Assembly: GCA_038063735.1 (NCBI GenBank)
Contig: JBBTUN010000010.1
Span: 1-60,124 of the forward strand
Origin: Patescibacteria group bacterium
Lineage (GTDB): Bacteria > Patescibacteriota > Microgenomatia > Curtissbacterales > GWA2-41-24
Length of the DNA stretch: 60,124 bases
Direction of reading: 5' to 3'
Shown here: positions 58,772 through 60,124 of the stretch, piece after piece
How positions within the stretch are numbered: the stretch's first letter is position 1
Layout of the letters: each line of letters opens with the position of its first letter
Made by a program: the position numbers and the translations under genes
Notes under the pieces: generated by a model
Told to the model about the DNA's origin: nothing
Databases searched by the model: none
The model's input: only the letters and a program-made list of their open reading frames with translations

Positions 58772-59349
58772 TTGTTTCTTAAAAGAGCTGTTGCTTCTCT
58801 TTCTATGTCTTGGGTTTTGCTGCCAGTTGTTGCTGAAAGCTTAATTTTGGCTGTGACTTCTGTAGCCTGGGCCGGGGTAGCATTGTTGTATGTAAAGGTA
58901 AGGTCGGATACCCTGGTTGCTACTATTTTGTTTAAACTAGATCTTGTGCTTGTGGCTGTGGGATAAACAATTTTTTTCAGTATCGTATTGTCGGTTGCGT
59001 CTCTTTTGTACTGGATATAGTCAAAGTTGGTGCCGCCATCAAAGGGTTCGTTTGTGGCATTAAGCGGCCAGATTTGCAGAATGATTAGATTTGCTCCTGT
59101 CGTATCCGGTCCGCAAGGTGTACAACTGGCTACAATCGATTGGCTCTCCCGAATTTGATTGATCATTTCGTCCAGAACAACTTTATTGTCTTCTGTAATT
59201 GTTATAAGTGCGCTTTGATCCTGGAAAAATTTGAAATGATTGATAAAGATATAGCCTAAAGTGAGCATGACAAATCCTAAGAGAGCTGCCGCTATTAACA
59301 GCTCTACAAGGGTTAAGCCTTTAATGCGTTTTGGAGTGTTAAATACCAT
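58768..59349 (-). CDS. minor pilin-like protein (prepilin-type N-terminus)
   Basis: 'KGLTLVELLIAAALLGFVMLTLGYIF'. Confidence 0.65.
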   Translation of the reverse strand: MVFNTPKRIKGLTLVELLIAAALLGFVMLTLGYIFINHFKFFQDQSALITITEDNKVVLDEMINQIRESQSIVASCTPCGPDTTGANLIILQIWPLNATNEPFDGGTNFDYIQYKRDATDNTILKKIVYPTATSTRSSLNKIVATRVSDLTFTYNNATPAQATEVTAKIKLSATTGSKTQDIEREATALLRNK

Positions 59350-59800
59350 TTTCGTAAATTAGCGTGTCCATGTGTACTTGCCTTGTTGTACTATTTACCA
59401 CCCAGGTAACGTTGATTGAGACCTGTTTGATTTGCGTTGAGCTTTGATAGTTACTAACGGTGAGCGTTGCAGCGCCTTGCGGTAACTTAGACAAGTTAGG
59501 ATCTGCAAATGGGCCGGAGGCAGGTAGTGAGGCAAAGGCAGTGTTTCTTAAATCCTCGACCTTTTTGGATGCAATTTTTGATGCAGTAGATTGCAGGTTT
59601 GATTGGCGGGTTAGGGTTAAGGTGCCTGACGCCGTTAAGAGAATTGCGGTAAGAATAATTAAGATAAATACGCTGAGGAGAACCTCGATGAGGGAGAAAC
59701 CAAAGCGTCTTTGGCGCTTGTTAACAGTTAACGGTTCACGGTTCACGGTTTTTTCTTTACTGTGAACTGTCAACTTCAAACTGTCGACTGACTTGGGCAT
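59339..59800 (-). CDS. minor pilin-like protein (prepilin-type N-terminus)
   Basis: 'FGFSLIEVLLSVFILIILTAILL'. The leader contains heptamer arrays. An in-frame GTG inside the array would give a conventional 15-aa leader. Confidence 0.65.
   Translation of the reverse strand: MPKSVDSLKLTVHSKEKTVNREPLTVNKRQRRFGFSLIEVLLSVFILIILTAILLTASGTLTLTRQSNLQSTASKIASKKVEDLRNTAFASLPASGPFADPNLSKLPQGAATLTVSNYQSSTQIKQVSINVTWVVNSTTRQVHMDTLIYENGI
59720..59790. repeat. inverted heptamer arrays in the minor-pilin leader
   Basis: gttaacagttaacggttcacggttcacggt (59720-59749), then ttttttctttac, then ctgtgaactgtcaacttcaaactgtcgac (59760-59790). Confidence 0.9.
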
Positions 59801-59882
59801 TAAGTTTATTTTAGCAAGAATTTAGTTAAGGCGCTTTCGCAAGTGGTAATAGGTGCTCGTATTTTGTAAAATGGGCAAAGTT

Positions 59883-59967
59883 GCTGGGATGGCAGAGTGG
59901 ACAATTGCAACGGTCTGTAAAACCGTCGCCCGAAAGGGCTCCGTAGGTTCAAATCCTACTCCCAGCA
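59883..59967 (+). tRNA. tRNA-Tyr (anticodon GUA, long variable arm)
   Basis: GCTGGGA/TCCCAGC acceptor, anticodon arm ACGGT-CTGTAAA-ACCGT, variable arm CGCCCGAAAGGGCTC, T-arm GTAGG-TTCAAAT-CCTAC. Confidence 0.85.
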
Positions 59968-60069
59968 CTTCGCAAATACTACGTATTTGCTCAGTGTAAA
60001 CACTTCTGCTCAGTGTGAACACAGGTTTTTTAGGAGGGAGGGGTGATTTGAAAAGCCCACCAGGTTTTC

Positions 60070-60124
60070 GCCGACGTGGCTCAGTGGTAGAGCACCTCAT
60101 TGGTAATGAGGAGGTCATGGGTTC
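60070..60124 (+). tRNA. tRNA-Thr (anticodon GGU), truncated by the window end
   Basis: GCCGACG TG GCTC AGTGGTA GAGC A CCTCA TTGGTAA TGAGG ... GGGTTC. Confidence 0.7.

Noticed and set aside
59822-60118. A 98-aa minus-strand ORF at the window end.
   Set aside because: It is antisense to tRNA-Tyr and tRNA-Thr, so it is spurious.
1-60124. An alternative genetic code (UGA recoded), as in some candidate phyla.
   Set aside because: TGA terminates conserved proteins at their expected C-termini (for example rplJ). TGA also forms the ATGA stop/start overlaps at 258, 1757, 3349 and 26474. Long ORFs are obtained with the standard code.

Overview
This is a gene-dense, low-GC fragment. It has short intergenic regions, many ATGA-type overlaps, and uses TGA as a stop codon. 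By eye it resembles a Patescibacteria/CPR (Microgenomates-like) genome, but I cannot confirm taxonomy without a database search.

Recognisable core genes:
- The secE-nusG-rplK-rplA-rplJ-rplL cluster on the minus strand (41.9-47.3 kb), and a displaced rpmG at 56.9 kb.
- mreB, galT, galU, an inositol monophosphatase, a HAD phosphatase, a TagA/WecB-type transferase, an M24 aminopeptidase and an RRM RNA-binding protein.
- tRNA-Pro, tRNA-Arg, tRNA-Trp, tRNA-Tyr and a truncated tRNA-Thr.

Most of the rest is cell-envelope or surface material:
- Four translationally coupled genes at the left edge: a partial gene, two GT-C-like membrane glycosyltransferases and a putative hydrolase.
- Two sortases with LAXTG/LxxTG-type substrates.
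- Three tandem Asn/Asp/Thr-rich 'NTGG...TGDA' repeat proteins.
- Two dockerin-bearing paralogs.
- M23, CAP and SLT wall enzymes.
- A HicAB module.
- Three prepilin-type major pilin paralogs plus a minor-pilin cluster.
- A tandemly duplicated two-gene cassette (25.6-34.1 kb) that pairs a membrane-anchored helical protein with a secreted giant of about 1100 aa. I could not place either protein in a named family, and this is my best candidate for an undescribed system.

The most unusual sequence-level signal is a dispersed family of heptanucleotide tandem arrays. The unit is RGTTSAY, its complement is RTSAACY, and there are sister heptamers. The arrays are often arranged as imperfect hairpins around an A-rich loop. 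They occur at 20 or more loci. They punctuate gene ends, bracket a four-helix-bundle gene, flank HicAB, sit in the rplJ-rplL spacer, and run in frame through the 5' ends of every pilin-type gene and one sortase.

No rRNA, CRISPR array, transposase, integrase or reverse transcriptase was recognised. All functional calls come from motif recognition by eye and need profile searches to confirm.
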